From the human T2T-CHM13v2.0 reference genome, Homo sapiens, in assembly GCF_009914755.1 (NCBI RefSeq), contig NC_060929.1: a stretch of DNA of 64,000 bases; one strand, written 5' to 3'. Position 1 is the first letter of the stretch, and the number at the start of each line of letters is the position of its first letter. The translations under genes were made by a program, and so were the position numbers. Below are positions 11,679 through 26,221 of the stretch, one piece after another. The notes beneath the pieces were generated by a model. The model was not told the origin of the DNA, did not search any database, and was given only the letters and a program-made list of their open reading frames with translations.

Positions 11679-14600
11679 ACTTGCCTAAGCAAAAGGAATG
11701 ACTGCCAAAGCTCTAAGATCTGGGCCACCATATGAGATAATGTAGATTTTACTGATTCAAAGAGCTAAACCCTTACCATTATTAATTTTCTAAAAATTTA
11801 GTGTTCTGAATTCAGTTTTCAAGTGCTGTCGCTTACATTTTCTCTTACAATTTGATTATGTAAGTTGTCTGTACTCATGCATGTGTGCACACACATGTAT
11901 GTGTGTAAACCTGAAGGTAAACTGCAAATGAGTATATTTCTAAGAATATAAATTTGGGAGTACAGAAGTGCATAATATCCATAAAAGTTATAAGTTTCAT
12001 GCAATTAAAATCAGACTTGTCTCTTTAATTTCTCAGGTATTTCAAAGTCCATTTTTGCAGCTTTGCAGTAAAATATACTTTGATGTTAGAATCTGCTTTT
12101 TAGTTCTTAAAAATAGATCAAGTTAATAGTTATTTCTATTTTGTATCAAATGGATACATTTTGTGTTCTACCCAAGGTTTCTCAGCCCACATACTCCATC
12201 AACATTTTCTTATATATATATTTTAAAACTGTTTCTGATGGGTTATTATCTAAGGGTGGGTTGGTAGAGATTTGATTTAATACATTTTCTTAACTCCAAA
12301 AATAATTTTTTCAAACTAAAAGAAGATACTGCCTTTGCTGATTTTAAGTTTATTACAGCAAAAATACCTTTTATATCAATATTTCACAGTCTATTTTTAA
12401 ACCAATAATTATCAATAATCTAGCTAATTCTGTCATTAATTTCTTTATTACCTTGAAAGAAAGAGAAAATCCATACAGACTAAGCAACAAAAAATTCCAT
12501 ATTTAATGGAAAACATTTTGTTGCCAAGCGGGGAACCCAACTCAGCACTGAGTTTGAGCTATGAATTTTAGAAGATGATATAGGAGGTAGGTCTTTTAAA
12601 GCCAAACATATCTCTGTTTCATTCTGAAACGTATTCAAGAGTTGCAGACTAGCTGGCAAAGTGTGGGCTTGTCAATAAGGTAAAGGCTGAGTTGAAGGGA
12701 AGGTGGCTGCTTCTTTATAGATGGAGCACCCACCTGAAAACTGTGGTGTTCAGCTACCTCTGCTGCACATGTGAGGTGGCCAGCTCAGGATTATGACACA
12801 AGTTAGAGCTGTACCACTGTCAGCAAGTGAGGTAATGGTTTGCCAACCATATTAGATGTTAGTTACTCCGGTGTAATAGAGCAATTTGTGGACAGGAAAC
12901 ATGTTTCTCCTATTGTTTACATGAGGATCACTCTTAATATTGCAACAGCTATTGGTAAAGCCTGTTGTCATTACCCCGTATTTCTATCTACTGGCTGCTC
13001 TGTGCTTCCTACAATTTTGAATCCTGTTGGTAAACTAATAATGAGATATACTAGTCATTATATATGTAAAAAGTTAGAAATAGTGAAACCTAGATCTGAT
13101 ACTAAGAGTAGAGCTGCATCAAAGGAGAATTTAGCTCAAAAAAAAAATTCAAAATATTTTTGTAAAGAGGAGGGAGGGAGAATTGCTTTATTTAACTCCT
13201 TGTCTTTTATCAAGAAACTGCGTCAGCTCCCTTTCCAAACTAGACTGTGGCCTGACTGCTAGGACCACTCTAATCTTTTTATTCCATTTTGAGGAAAAAA
13301 AAATTTAATTCTTAGTTTCTGAGCTTCCAAAGCCTAGTTTCTGGATATTTAAGATAAATGTAATAGATCCTTCAAAGGTATATTTTCATTCTAAGAGCAA
13401 TTTGTATGTTACCTGCTAGAACCAACATCCTTATTAGCTGCAACTCCTAGTTCCCATTTCTAAGAGTCCTTTTTTGTTGATGTGAATTCTCAGAACTTTT
13501 CTATTCTACCTTTCAAAGAAATGTTTCCATATTATTTAATGTTCAGAGGTAATCTGAATTTAATTTTCCTTTAGAAAATGTCAAGAAAATCTTAGATATT
13601 TTGTTATGTAGAGAAATACGGAAGGATCTGTAAGAGTAAATACAGAAAAAAATTTTCAAAAAGTAGATTAATTAGAAACTGGGAAAACAAGATTTATCAA
13701 AAAGAGAATTTTGAAAATATATCAGAAAAAGTCAAGAGGGGAAGGAAACTCAGATTTGATGGCCAATAATTAGTACCAATAATACTTCCTGCTTCCATTT
13801 CCTCAGTTTCCTTCTGCTTAGATCTAGTTATTCTGCAGATCAGGATTAAAATCAGAGATAAGTTAGGAGAATAAAGGAGACACAGAGAAATAGTTTAAGA
13901 CGCTAAGAAAAGTAAAAAAAAAAAGGACCAGTGGCACACAGAATTATATACCAGATATCACAAAATTACAGTTTATTACTATAAAATAAAAAAATTTGGG
14001 AAAAAAATCAGAGTACAATGTGTATAAACTGAGGTTAAGCATCTATTATATGATGTGAATTGCCTGATTATATTCTTTGCCTTGCTTTTTGTTTTGTTTT
14101 GCTTTCAGTTTTTGGTTGGAATGTGCATCATTATTCACTTACTGATTTATAATGGCTTTTTGTCTTTTAAGGAAATAAGCCCTTTGTCTTTCGTACTATT
14201 TATGTAAAGGAGACTTAAGTGCTTATCTTAGAAAGAAATGGGGAAAATAAAGGTGAAACACTAGCTTCTATTATAAAGATAAAGAACTTATTGTTAACAG
14301 AAGATTCCTATGCTTCCAGTTTCCATTATCTTCTGTTTACTTCAGTTAATAATAAACTTTAAACGAAGATTTCCCTGCAATGCTGTTATGTTTGAAATTA
14401 AAACAATTAATTAAGTGGATTTAAAATTAAAGAAGACTTTGTTCTTAATTGGAAATCAATTGGCTTTGGATATATGAGAAACCAAATGGTAATGGGACAC
14501 AATCAAAGTAAATTTAGATGATAAAACTTGTGTCTTCCCTTTCAGTCTGATAAAGAACAACATTAGGTGAAGATATGCCTGGAAAATACTGCACAGTTAT

Positions 14601-14814
14601 AAAAAACTAACAGTAAAACCTCAAATTAAGCTACAACTAAAAGCATGTATTTTCAGAGCCACACTTCATAGCTTCTCTCCCCATCTGCATCACATCATTA
14701 AATCAGCACAGAGAACTTTAAAATACTATGGCAAGTAATTTAATAAGAATGACTCAATGTACCTGATCCAATTTTTCCGCTGGATAATAAAAAGGTGAAT
14801 ATGAGAGCATTCAA

Positions 14815-15580
14815 GATTTTATCCAGTCTCATGGTTTTAAATACCATGTATAAGCTGAGGTCTCTCAAATCTTCATTTTCAATCTTCACATCTCCACTAT
14901 GATCCAGACACATATACAGCTGAACGGTTGCAAATAACCAACAGCTGAGCCCTTAGATTAAACTATCATTATAGACAAAATCATGTATTTGTCAGATCAA
15001 TAACTAGACATCCTTAGTCCTCTCTTTTCCCCACCCTTCTCCTCCAATCCATTAGCAAGTCCTGTTTTTGCTCTCTCCTAAACATACTTTCATGTCCAAT
15101 TGTTTCTCACCATTGTCCCACTGCTGAAGGCCTAGTCTCTACCACCATCCTTAGCCTTCTGCCTTGTCTGCTAATACTCTTGCTTCCTTACAGTCTGTTG
15201 CTTACACAGCACCTCATATAGTTGTCTTAAAACTTAAATCAGATCATATCACTCTTCAGCATCAACCCCGTCAGTCTTTTCCCTTTATGATTAGTCATGA
15301 AGTCAAACCTAAACTCTTTACCATAGACTCACCTCCCCAATGTCATACCCTATCACTGTGCCAGCCTTCACAGTGGTCTTTTTCCTGCCTTGGGGCTTTT
15401 GAATTTCCTGTTCTCTCTGCCTAGCACACTGCGCCCCAACATTTTCATATGACTATCTTCTTATCACTTAAGTTTCACCTTAAATGCCACCTCCTTACTT
15501 CTAGTGACTCTTTTGTCCCACCCAAATTTTTACATAGCACTTATCATTAGCTGAGGTTATATTTCTAATTTACATGTTTA
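14815..15580 (+). mobile_element. L2 fragment
   Basis: atccagtctcatggttttaaataccatgtat...aaaacttaaatcagatcatatcactct...ttcctgccttggggcttttgaatttcctgttctctctgcctag. Confidence 0.8.
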
Positions 15581-15609
15581 TTAACTATTTTCCCATAAGA
15601 AAAAGAAAG

Positions 15610-15730
15610 CAGGAAGGGCCCATAATGATCATGTAGTTCAACTTTCTTGTATTATGTAAGAAACTGAGGCCCTCAGAAGCTAAGTGCTTTGCCAACATAC
15701 ATCCACAACTATTTAGGGGAGAAACCAGAA
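15610..15730 (-). mobile_element. MIR/MIR3 fragment
   Basis: gatcatgtagttcaac...aagaaactgaggccctcagaagctaagtgctttgccaa. Confidence 0.6.
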
Positions 15731-16938
15731 AGGAAAATAAATACTCTTTAAACAATAATAGAACAGAATTCTTCCTGCTCCATTTCCCTATATTAAACTT
15801 TATCAATTTTTGTTTAATTCAATTATTCTTCCTTTCTCAAGATATTCAGTGGGTGAGAGAGAGAGCTCAACTCTCTCCCCACAGACATGAAGTTTCATCT
15901 ATCACAGTTCTATAACAGAAGTATGTCATTTTTAAGCCTTAAGTTATATAAATACTAAGTGGATTGTATTTATATAACTATTCCTAAAGCCATGAAAAAT
16001 AACTAAGATGATTTATCCAATAACTTTTGTTCAATTGGTGGTACAATTGTAGAGACGTTTTAAAATTTTTCAGAGCTTGCCACTGTCCTTTTTTTCCATG
16101 GAATAGGGAATGGTGGGAAGCTCTGAGTTAAAGCTTTCTATTGCTTTCATTACATAGTATATCATTTTAATTTAAAATCACATAGATTGTGGTGATTTGG
16201 CACCTCCTTAATTCTATATTTAAGTAGTGTGAAATTTTACTTTTGAGAATTTTAAATGTCTAAAGTGCTTATGTGCCATAGGAAATAGAGCAGAATATAC
16301 ATCTTTCTTTGCTGAAGAAGGATCTGGCAGTGACCTAGGACTGTCATTATGAACAAGAGTACTAATTTGCAATAGGGCAAGAGAAGGCAAAGACGCAGTA
16401 GACAGAGAAGTGTTACCCACTAGTTCTTGTAAATGCTTACTACCAGGAAATTATTTACAGGAAACTACCATCTGAAATCATCTTCTTTTGTTGTGACTTT
16501 GGTGCTTCTCCTTGGGGTGTTGAAAAATGAATGTGTATATTTGAGGGTTGTGATCAGCTGATTCAAAATAATGAACCCTTTATTCTTTGAGAAATGTTGG
16601 AAACAATTATTGTAGTTTATACAAATCATTTAGCAAGGATGCATCAATGCAAGCATGATCCACATTGTATTAGTTTCCATGTGATGTGCATAAAGGACCA
16701 GAAAGCTTAGTTTCCATCCTTGATATTTTCATTATCAACATTGCCATGCACACATAGTGCCTACTAACACCCAGATAATGGCAGCACAGTAGCCACACTT
16801 AGATGGTTATTTCTGTTAATACACAAGTAATGTAGCTGGTTTTTCAGAATTACCACAAAGCTAGTTAATGCTAATTCAACATATATTTATGTGGCTTTAT
16901 AGTATGCAAAGGACTGTGTCATATATTGTGAGGGAGGG

Positions 16939-19355
16939 TGATATAGTTTAGGTATTTATCCCCACCCAAATCTCATGTTGAATTTTAATCCCCAGTGCTG
17001 AAAGTGGGGCCTAATGGGAAGTATTTGGATCACGGTGCCAGATTCTTCATGGCTTGGTGCTGTCTTTGTGATAATAAGTACTCATGAGAACTCATCATTA
17101 AAAATGTGTGGCACCTTCCCCCATCCCTTGCCCCCACTTTACCATCTGCCATGAGTAAAAGCTTCCTGAGGCCTCCCCAGAAGCAGATGCCAGCTCTATG
17201 TTTCCTGTATAGCCTATGGAACCATGAGTCAGTTAAACCACTTTTGTTATAAATTAGCCAGTTTCAGGTATTTCTTTATAGCAATGCAAGAAGGGCCAAA
17301 TATAGAAAATTGGTACCAGGAAAGGTGTATTGCTATAAAGATACTTGAAAATGTGGAAGTGCCTTTGGAACTGGATAATAGGCAGAGGTTGGAAGAGTTT
17401 GGAGGGCTCAGAAGAAGATAGGAAGATGAGGGAATGTTTGGAACTTCTTAGAGAATGGTTAAATTGTTGTGACCAAAAAGCTGATAGTTACATGGACAAT
17501 GAAGTCCAGACAGCCGAGGTTTCAGATGGAAATGAGGAACTTATTGGGAACTGGAGCAAAGGCCACGTGTGTTACGCCCTAACAAAGAGCTTTTCTGCAT
17601 TCTGTTCATGCCCTAGGAATCTGTGGAAGTTTGAACTAAAGAGTGATGATTTAGGGTGTCTGGTGGAAGAAACTTCTAAGCAGCAGAATGTTCAAAATGT
17701 GGTCTGGCTGCTTCTAACAACCTATACTTAAATGAGGGAGCAAATGAATGATTTAAAATTGGAACTTATATTTAAAAGGGAAACAGAACAAAAAAGTTTG
17801 GAAAATTTGCAGCCTGGCCATATAGCAGAGAAGAAAAATCTTTTTTTGTGGGGAGAGAAATTCAAGCAGGCTCTGGAGCAACCACTTGCTAGAGATATTT
17901 GCATAACTAAAAAGGAGCCAGGTGCTACTAGCCAAGACAATGGGAAAAAGGCCTCAAAGGCATTTCAGAGACCTTCATGGCAGCCCCTCACATCACAGGC
18001 CCAGAAGCCTAGGAGGTCTGACTGGTTTCATGGGCCAGGCATACTGACTTGTGCAGCCTCAGGACACTGCTTTCTGCACACTGGCGGGCGACTCTAGTTC
18101 CAGCTCCAGCCGGGCTCAAATGGTCCCAGGTACACCTCAAGCTGCCACTTTGGAGAATGCAAGCTGTAGGCCTTAGTGTCTCCCCTGTGGTGTTAAGCCT
18201 GCAGACACAGAGAGTATGAGAGTGGTGGATTCCTGGTAGCCTTTGCCTAGATTTCAGAGGATGTATGGAAAAGCCTGGATGCCTAGGCAAAAGCCTGCTA
18301 CGGGGTGGAACCCCATAGAGAACCTCTACTTAGGCAGTGCAGAGGGGTAATGTAGGGTTGGGGCCTCCATACAAAGTCCCCACTGGGACACTGCCTGCTG
18401 GATCTGTGGGAAGGGGACCACTGTCCTCTAGACCCCATAAAGGTAGATCCACCGGCAGCTTGCACCCTGAGCCTGGAAAAACCATAGGCGCTCAACAACA
18501 GTCTGCAAGAGCAGACTTGGGATATGTACACTGCAAAACCACAGGGGTGGAGCTGCCCAAGGCCTTCAGAGCCCACCCCTTGTGCCAGTATGCCCTGGAT
18601 GTGGGACATGGAGTTAAAGGAGATTATTTTAAAGCTTTAAAATTCAATGAGTGCCCTGCTAGGTTTGGGATATGTGTGGGACCTGTAGTCCTTTTCTTTT
18701 GGCTGATTTCTCTCTTTCTGAATGGCAATGTTTACCCAATGCCTATACCCACTATTACATCTTGGAAGTAAATAACTTGTTTTGATTTTACAGGCTTATA
18801 GGTGGGAAGAGATGAGTCCCAGATGAGACTTTAGACTTGGATTCGGGACTTTTGAGTAACTGCTGGAATGAGTTAAGATTTTGGGGGACAGTTGGGAAGG
18901 CCTGATTGTATTTTGCAATGTGAGAAGGACAGAGACTTGGGAGTGGCCAGGGGTAAAATAACACAGTTTAGATATTTGTCTTTACCCAAATCTCATGTTG
19001 AATTTTAATCCCCAGTGCTGGAGGTGGGGCCTCATGGGAGCTGTTTGAATCACAGGGGCAGATCCCTCTTGGCTTCATTCTGTTTTCATTATAATGAGTT
19101 CTTCTAAGATCTGTTCATTTAAAAGTGTATGGCACCTCCCTCCCCACTGTTGCTGCTGCTTTTGCCACATGAAGTGCTTGATCTCACAACACCTTCTGCC
19201 AGGAGTAAAAGCTTCCTGAGGCCTCTCCAGAAGCAGATTGCCAGCACTATGTTTCCTGTACAACCTACAGAACCATGAGCCAGTTACAATTCTTCCATTA
19301 TAAATTAGCCAGTTTCAGGTATTTCTTTACAGCAATGCGAGAACAGCCTAATACA
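16939..19355 (+). mobile_element. MST (MSTA-like) MaLR provirus: 5'LTR 16939-17304, internal 17305-18958, 3'LTR 18959-19355
   Basis: Two homologous LTRs in direct orientation; internal starts gaaaattggtacca and ends gggagtggccaggggtaaaa; decayed TSD gaggg/gaaag. Confidence 0.93.
17345..18097 (+). pseudogene. Decayed MaLR internal (gag-related) reading frame
   Basis: ORFs 17345-17731 and 17732-18097 abut in the same frame; VSDGNEELIGNWSKGH..CYAL and KSLENLQP are typical MST/THE1-int peptides. Confidence 0.8.
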
Positions 19356-21069
19356 GAAAGATAAAAGAATAGTAACAGATTTTTAAAACCTGGCTTCTTT
19401 CTAAAGATAGAAAAATTCCCTAAAGGGAAATATAATAATATACAATTAGTCACAATTTAAGTTCACATGTGATAATTTTTCTATGAGAAGTATCAACAAA
19501 ATGAAGAGGGAATTTAGAAAGGAGACCACAACATGAGGAAAGGATAAGTAGAAAGGTCTCCTTGAAAGTGTATGGCATTTGTGCAATGTCTTGAGGGATG
19601 AGGGTATTTGTATGGACATGGAAGTGAAAAGGGCTGTGGGAAGGGAACATTCCAGATGGAGAGAAGCATAATTAAAGAAATATAGGCAGAAAATCCTAGA
19701 GTTTATTTGGGAAGTGGGAAATAACTCACTTTGGCTGGCAATTAGGGCATATACTATGGGTGATTCAGACAAAGGTCATAGAGCCAAGCAAAATAGTTTG
19801 GACTTAATCCTCTAAGTAATAGGGGACTACTGGACTTTTTGAGCCGGAAGGTTATATACTTTGAGTTGTGCATTGTGAAAATTAATCTGGCAGCAGTAGA
19901 CAAAATTGACTGGAGTAGAGAAAGACTAAAGACCAATTAAGAGGCTATTTTGATAGTTAAGCTGAGAGGTAATGAGAGAAGGGACCATGGGAATGGAACA
20001 GAAAAGACCAATTCAAGAGATAAGGGAAGTCAAACCAGTGGGATTTAGTGATTAATTGTAGGTGGAATGGCAAAATGGAGAGAAGATAAGGGTGATAAGA
20101 AGGTTTTAACCTTGAGAGACTGAGAAATTGATACTGGCAGAAATAATAAATTCCATGGGATCTAGTGGAACTCTTTTGGAATTCTATTTGAAACTTGACT
20201 TCAGTCATGCTTGAGATATTGTGCATCTGGAAATGCAGACCCAGAGCACAGGAAAATGGTCAGAACTGGTGATAAAGTTTGTAGGCTTGTGCACGTGTGT
20301 GCATGCATGAGTGTGTGTGATATAAATTTAAGTAAATCTTTGTTGCCATTGTAAGAGTCAGTTAACTCTCTAAAGGAGAAACAATGAACATCCCTTATCC
20401 ACAGGAGATGATACAAAGAAAGGAGGGAGTTGTCAGAGAAGTTGGAGGATCATCAGTAGACTAGCATCTCTAAATTAAGCACATTCTTCTTTTTTTTTAA
20501 TGAAAAGAGGCACTGACAGCACAAGATTTTTTTTGAGATTGTGCCTTAGACTTTCTTTAATTTCAAAAGGGACTTTTGAATATACTTATTATCCTTATCC
20601 TAATAACAGCATAATTAAGTGAAATGATAAGAAATCTTAAAACATCAGAGGTAAATATTCTTTTTCTATGGAGAAAACTTGGTTACATATTTTACCAGCA
20701 ACTTCAGTATACCAGTGAATTTTGCATTCATTATTCAACAGGTATTTGCAAACATGGAAGACACTTAATATGAAATTTTTCCTGACTGGAGAAATAGGAG
20801 TGGAGGCTATCAGTGGGGGAAATAAAAACTATGCCACCAATTCTTTGATCCAGAGGTGTCTGTTTAACTGGCAAGGGATGTAAGTAAATAATTCAAAGAC
20901 TTTAGACTACATATAGTGGCACACATACATTCCTAATGTAAGTTCTTAACTCACAGTGGTAAACTATTACCACAAGTGACCAGAGTGTATTTTCCTCTTC
21001 ATCTCCTTCTTTCTTGATGTAATCACTGTTAACTAATCACTTCTTGAAATTATCTAACTCGTTAATTTA

Positions 21070-21200
21070 GTATTGATTCAGTAAATATTTGCCTAGAGTT
21101 TATGATGTGCCAAGCATCTTTTCAAGTCTTGTGAATTTAGCAGTGAACAAAGTAGACAAAAATTCCTGCATTCATGTAATTTTTATTCTAGTGGAAGTTT
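21070..21200 (-). mobile_element. L2 3' terminal fragment
   Basis: attcagtaaatatttgcc...atgtgccaagcatc...cagtgaacaaagtagacaaaaattcctgc. Confidence 0.75.
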
Positions 21201-21510
21201 ACACCAATGAATGTTAATAAAAAAGGTAACAGACAAATTTTTATCTATGTCTAATATTACATCACATACTTGTTTTCCCGTACAATTTGCTAATGTTTCA
21301 CATTTATATATTTGTGTCCTAGATAGTGGTTGTTCTTTTTAACAGTCTAGTCATGTGCTCCAGGGAACTGAATCAAGTGGTTGTTGTTGCTGTTTTGTAG
21401 TAAAGAACAACTGAAAGTCTCCTTGTCTCTTTCTTATTTCCTTCTATAAAATTATTGCCACTGTTTTGAGTAACAGTCTTGTTTTCTGACAAGGTAAAAA
21501 CATCATAATG

Positions 21511-21647
21511 AGCCAGGTGAGATGGCATGTACCTCTAATTCCAGCTACTTGGAAGGCTGAGCTGTGAGGCTGAGGCAGGAGGATCACTTGAGCCCAGGAG
21601 CTCACCAGTCTGGGCAACATAGCAAGACCCTGTCTCAAAAAAGAAAA
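21511..21647 (+). mobile_element. Monomeric Alu (FLAM-type)
   Basis: Single arm agccagg...ccagctacttggaaggctgag...ggatcacttgagcccaggag...gcaacatagcaagaccctgtctc followed by A tail. Confidence 0.85.
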
Positions 21648-21739
21648 TTAAATTAAATTAAAAGTTTTTGAAAGTGTTTGGGAAAAATAAGTGTTATATA
21701 TTAATAATATAGAAAAAAGAAGTAAAACTAAAAAAATGA

Positions 21740-22610
21740 AAAGGAATAATACAATTAGAAAATGTCCATTTTGCAAAATGTAATATAGTAACTAATCTAG
21801 ATAGTAATCATCAATGCCTTCTAAAACCATTAGGTAAAAGGTTGATGGCAACTTTACAATAGATGGATTAACCTCTCGATCAATTTTAATATCATTAAAA
21901 GTAGGAAAATCAGACATTATGTGTCTCTTAATGTGATGTAATAAGGGATACATAGAGCCACTTATGTTTTTTCCCCAAATAAAATATTTCCCCAAATAAA
22001 ATACAATAAAATGAAACCTGACTCCTTGAATTTAATTAAGCATGTAGATTCGATCACTTATATAGAAAATAAATCCAGAAAAATATGCTAAATGAGCATC
22101 CCAAAATAAAAATCTATAATAGAACCTGAGAAATTCTATGAGACAAATAACCTAGAGTGGAGTGGAGGGGGATATTTAGAAAGAGTAGGAAAAGGAAACG
22201 TGTTACGGATTAGAAGAAATTTAAGACAGGTATCGATCAAATGCAATGTTTAAAATTTGTTTGAATTCAGACTCAAATACACCAACAATAAAAAGGATAT
22301 TTTTGAGAGAACTGGGAAGGTTTAAACATGGACTAGATATTAGCTGATATAAAATAATAATTGCTGAGTTTGTTAGGTGTGATTAATGTTACTGTGATTA
22401 CGTTTTTTAAAATTTTCTCATTAGAAAGACTAAAGCACGTGTGGATAAAACGATATGCTGTGTGAATTTTTATTTAAAATACTCTAGCAGCAAAAGAAAT
22501 GAAAAATAAGAAATAGATGAAAGATCTTCAAAAGTTGTGTAATTGTGAAGCATGGAACTTCTTTCTTGTACTTTCTTTTTAAACCTTTTCACTATAAAAA
22601 AGATTTTAAA
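21740..22610 (+). mobile_element. Old L1 (L1MC4/L1ME-type) 3'UTR
   Basis: cagacattatgtgtctcttaatgtgatg...caaatgcaatgt...aacatggactagatattag...ttaggtgtgat. Confidence 0.7.
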
Positions 22611-24092
22611 AATAGTTTCACATATATTTTACAATAAAAGTGCTATTTTAATCTTTGCAATTGTTTTGTCATGTTAATCTATGAAGCTCCTTTTGGTATT
22701 ATTCTTAAGAATAGGAGTATAGTGTCAAACAGGGATTAGAAAGCTAATGCTTTCCATTCTCATGAATGGCAGCTAAAGAGAAAGGTGACAAAAATACTTC
22801 AAAATGACAAAGGATATAATAAACTGGAGTTGAAAGAAATTGGAGGGATGAAATATTCTAAGCCATGTCCATATTACATCATATCCAAAGATTTCTGATA
22901 AACTACCCTCTCCTTTTTACTCCTTGATTATCATCCATTTTAAACTTGCTTAAATTCCTTGCCTGAAACTGACAGTTGGTTTGGTGATGTCTGGACGCTC
23001 TAAATCATCTTTACAATGTCAGTACACTATTCATCAGCATGAGGTGACCTTTTCCCAGAATACAATCTTCCTGCATATGTCTCAGCAAATGTTGACAAAG
23101 GTATATGAGAACAAGAGTGATAATAAGATTTATCATATTGAGGCACTGGGTAATAGAAATTCTTCTGTAAATTAACAATCATAGCTGGAACTATTTGTGA
23201 ATTTGTACAGATGCCAGCACAATCTAACATCTGTCCCAGCAGACAAAAAATACAGAATTTATTTGATATAGTCTCCCCTCATTCCTGAAAAGGTCACTTG
23301 CTCTTTAACCTGCTATGTGTGATTAAACTAGCTTTGAGCAGATGACAATGCTGTACTAGAAATTAAGGCTCGCTGTTCAGATGACACTGACAGCAAAGGC
23401 AGCACTTGTCTTATCTTCTAAACAGTTTCAGAATATGAAAACTAAATGCCCCAAATGCTTACCACTACTATTAATAACCCATACATACAAACATAAATCA
23501 AGAACCGTTACCCATCTAACATTGTTATGTTATGTATCTCTATTTACAGAATGGGTTCACTTTCACTTGAAAATATTCCATAGCTCTAAATAATCTTCCT
23601 GAGTTTCTTCCAGCGAACTCTGTTTTATTCCCTCCAGCAAAAGATGAGGCTACGTGAATCTGGTGGCTCTGAAATTTGGCTTTTCGGCAATGAATAAAAC
23701 ACTTTCAGTCTAATTTCTAATAAATTGGGCTGTATTTATTTCATGCGAAGATATATGTATCCTTGCAGGAATAAAAGGGAAGAGCATTATTATTTTTACT
23801 TCTGTTCAGTCTGCCAACTTAAGTTTGTCCTCCAGCAAACAAAACTATGATGGTAATTATGCAAACAAGAATGTGATTTAAAACCATGCATTTTTCCCAT
23901 CTTGATCATCTTCTCTGTGCAACACTTTGAACTAAGTAATCAGAAGATGCAAATATAGGCCTACAGCCTTCCCTAGGTTCACAGTTTAGCAAAAGAGTCC
24001 AAGACAGTTATATTAGGTAATTTTGATATAAAGCAGAAAGTGATTTTTTTTTGCAAAGCCATAAAGTGTTATTTTTTTTTTTTAAGTTATCA

Positions 24093-24432
<340 letters not shown>

Positions 24433-24454
24433 TCAACAAAACAATATCTATTAT

Positions 24455-25690
24455 CACATAGATCAATAGAACAGAAGAGATCATCCCATGCCACATATAC
24501 GTGGTCAAAAAAGTTATAATGAAGAAATAACTACAATGAAGAAAGGCTAGTTTTTACAACAAAAGTAATCATGATTCATACACAAAATTAACTCATAATG
24601 GGTCAGGGATCCGAATGCAAAACCAAAAACTGTAAAATTTCTAGAAGAAATCAAAGGAGAAAATATGTGTGGCCTTGGATTTGGTAAGGATTTCTTATAT
24701 ATGGTACGAAAAGTACAGTCCATTGATAAAAAGCAACTTCATCAAAATTTTAAAACTTCTTCTCTTTGAAAGAAACTTAAAAATAAGGAAAAGGCAACCT
24801 AGAGACTTGGAAAATATTTATGAAACATGTATCTAATAAAGGACATGTATCCAAAATATTTCAAGTACCCTCAAAACTAAATAATGAGAAAATAAACCAC
24901 CCAATTAAAATAAAAAAAAAGTATGGGCAAAGATTTGGACAGGCACTAAAGCAAATAAGATACATGGATGGAAAATAAGGACACGAAAAGATATTCAACA
25001 TCATTAATTATTCACTAAGAAAATGCAAATTAAAACCACAGTAAGATACTATTACACATCTATCAGAATGCCTACAATGAAAAAGAAAAAAAATTGACAA
25101 TACCAAGTGCTTGCAGGGATGTAGAGCAACTGTAACTCTCACATACTGCTACTATGAATACAAAACAGTCGTGAAAAATAATTTGGCATTTCTTATAAAG
25201 TTAAACTTACCATGCAATTTATAAATTCTACTCTGAGATATTTACTCAATAAAAATATTAACATATTTATACAAAAAACTGTATACACATGTTTATGACG
25301 GCTATGCTTATCTAAAAAGTAGAAGCAATCTAAATGCCTTTTGGTGAATGGATAAACAAATTGTACATTTACACAACGGAATCATATTCAGCAAGAAAAT
25401 GGAATTAACTAGTGATACACAATATAATAGGCATGAAAATCAAATGCATTTTGCCAAGTGTATGAAGCCAGCCTCAAGAGACTACACACTATGACTCCAT
25501 TTACATGACATCCTAAAGAGGCAAAACTATAGCTACAGAAAACTCATCAGCTGGGTTTGGCAGTAGGGAGGAAAGATTTCTTACAAAGAGTGCAAGAGAA
25601 TTTCTGAAGGATGAAACTGTAATATATCTCGATCCTGGCTACATGACTATATGCATTTGTCAAAAGTCAGAGCTAACACTGAAAAGGATG
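24455..25690 (+). mobile_element. L1MC/L1MD-type ORF2 3' end and 3'UTR
   Basis: cacaaaattaactca, tctagaagaaa, aaatgcaaattaaaaccaca, ggcaaaactatag, tatatgcatttgtcaaaa. Confidence 0.8.
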
Positions 25691-26221
25691 CTGTGAGTTC
25701 AGAGGAAGAAGAAGAAATCCCAGCTGGTCAAGAAAAGTTGCATGGAGCAGTAGGCAATGAAAGTTATGGCAACTCGTGTTTGGTAAAGCCCTGAGGGAAT
25801 AAACTGCAGAATATATGCAGGGATCAAAGTGAAAAAGAGCAGTAAAACACCTGAATGAAGAATGCTGGCTAGGACGATACTGTAGAAGGCTTTTAGTGAC
25901 ATGCCAAAGAAATTAAAGCCATCTGTGTAACGTCATGGTAAACACTGGAGAATTTTAGGTTAGAAAATACATACATCTGTACTAGGAAGAAGGAATCATT
26001 CAAGGTTTTTCAAGATGTCATGTGCATCAGAGATTCTGTTACTGATTTAGTAAATGAATGATGGCCCAGAAATCTGCATTTTTAACAGAATCTCTAACTT
26101 CATCCCCATTTACAGATTTGTTCCTTGAATATTACAGGCCCTATGAGCAGATGGAGCCACTGGGTACTTATGTGCCATGATCACATATATATTCATTGCT
26201 TACAGCTATTTCTGTATGTGT

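Larger units (their letters stand above)
16865..20470 (-). mobile_element. L2 split by the MST provirus (3' tail 16865-16938; body 19356-20470)
   Basis: attcaacatatatttatgtggc left of the provirus; antisense L2 body (tttggacttaatcct, aaaattaatctggcagcagt) to its right. Confidence 0.7.

Noticed and set aside
12840-13262. 140-aa ORF in unique sequence as a CDS
   Set aside because: TTG start, no recognisable domain, no convincing splice sites; length is compatible with chance.
18337-18771. 144-aa ORF as a host gene
   Set aside because: It lies wholly within the MST internal sequence.
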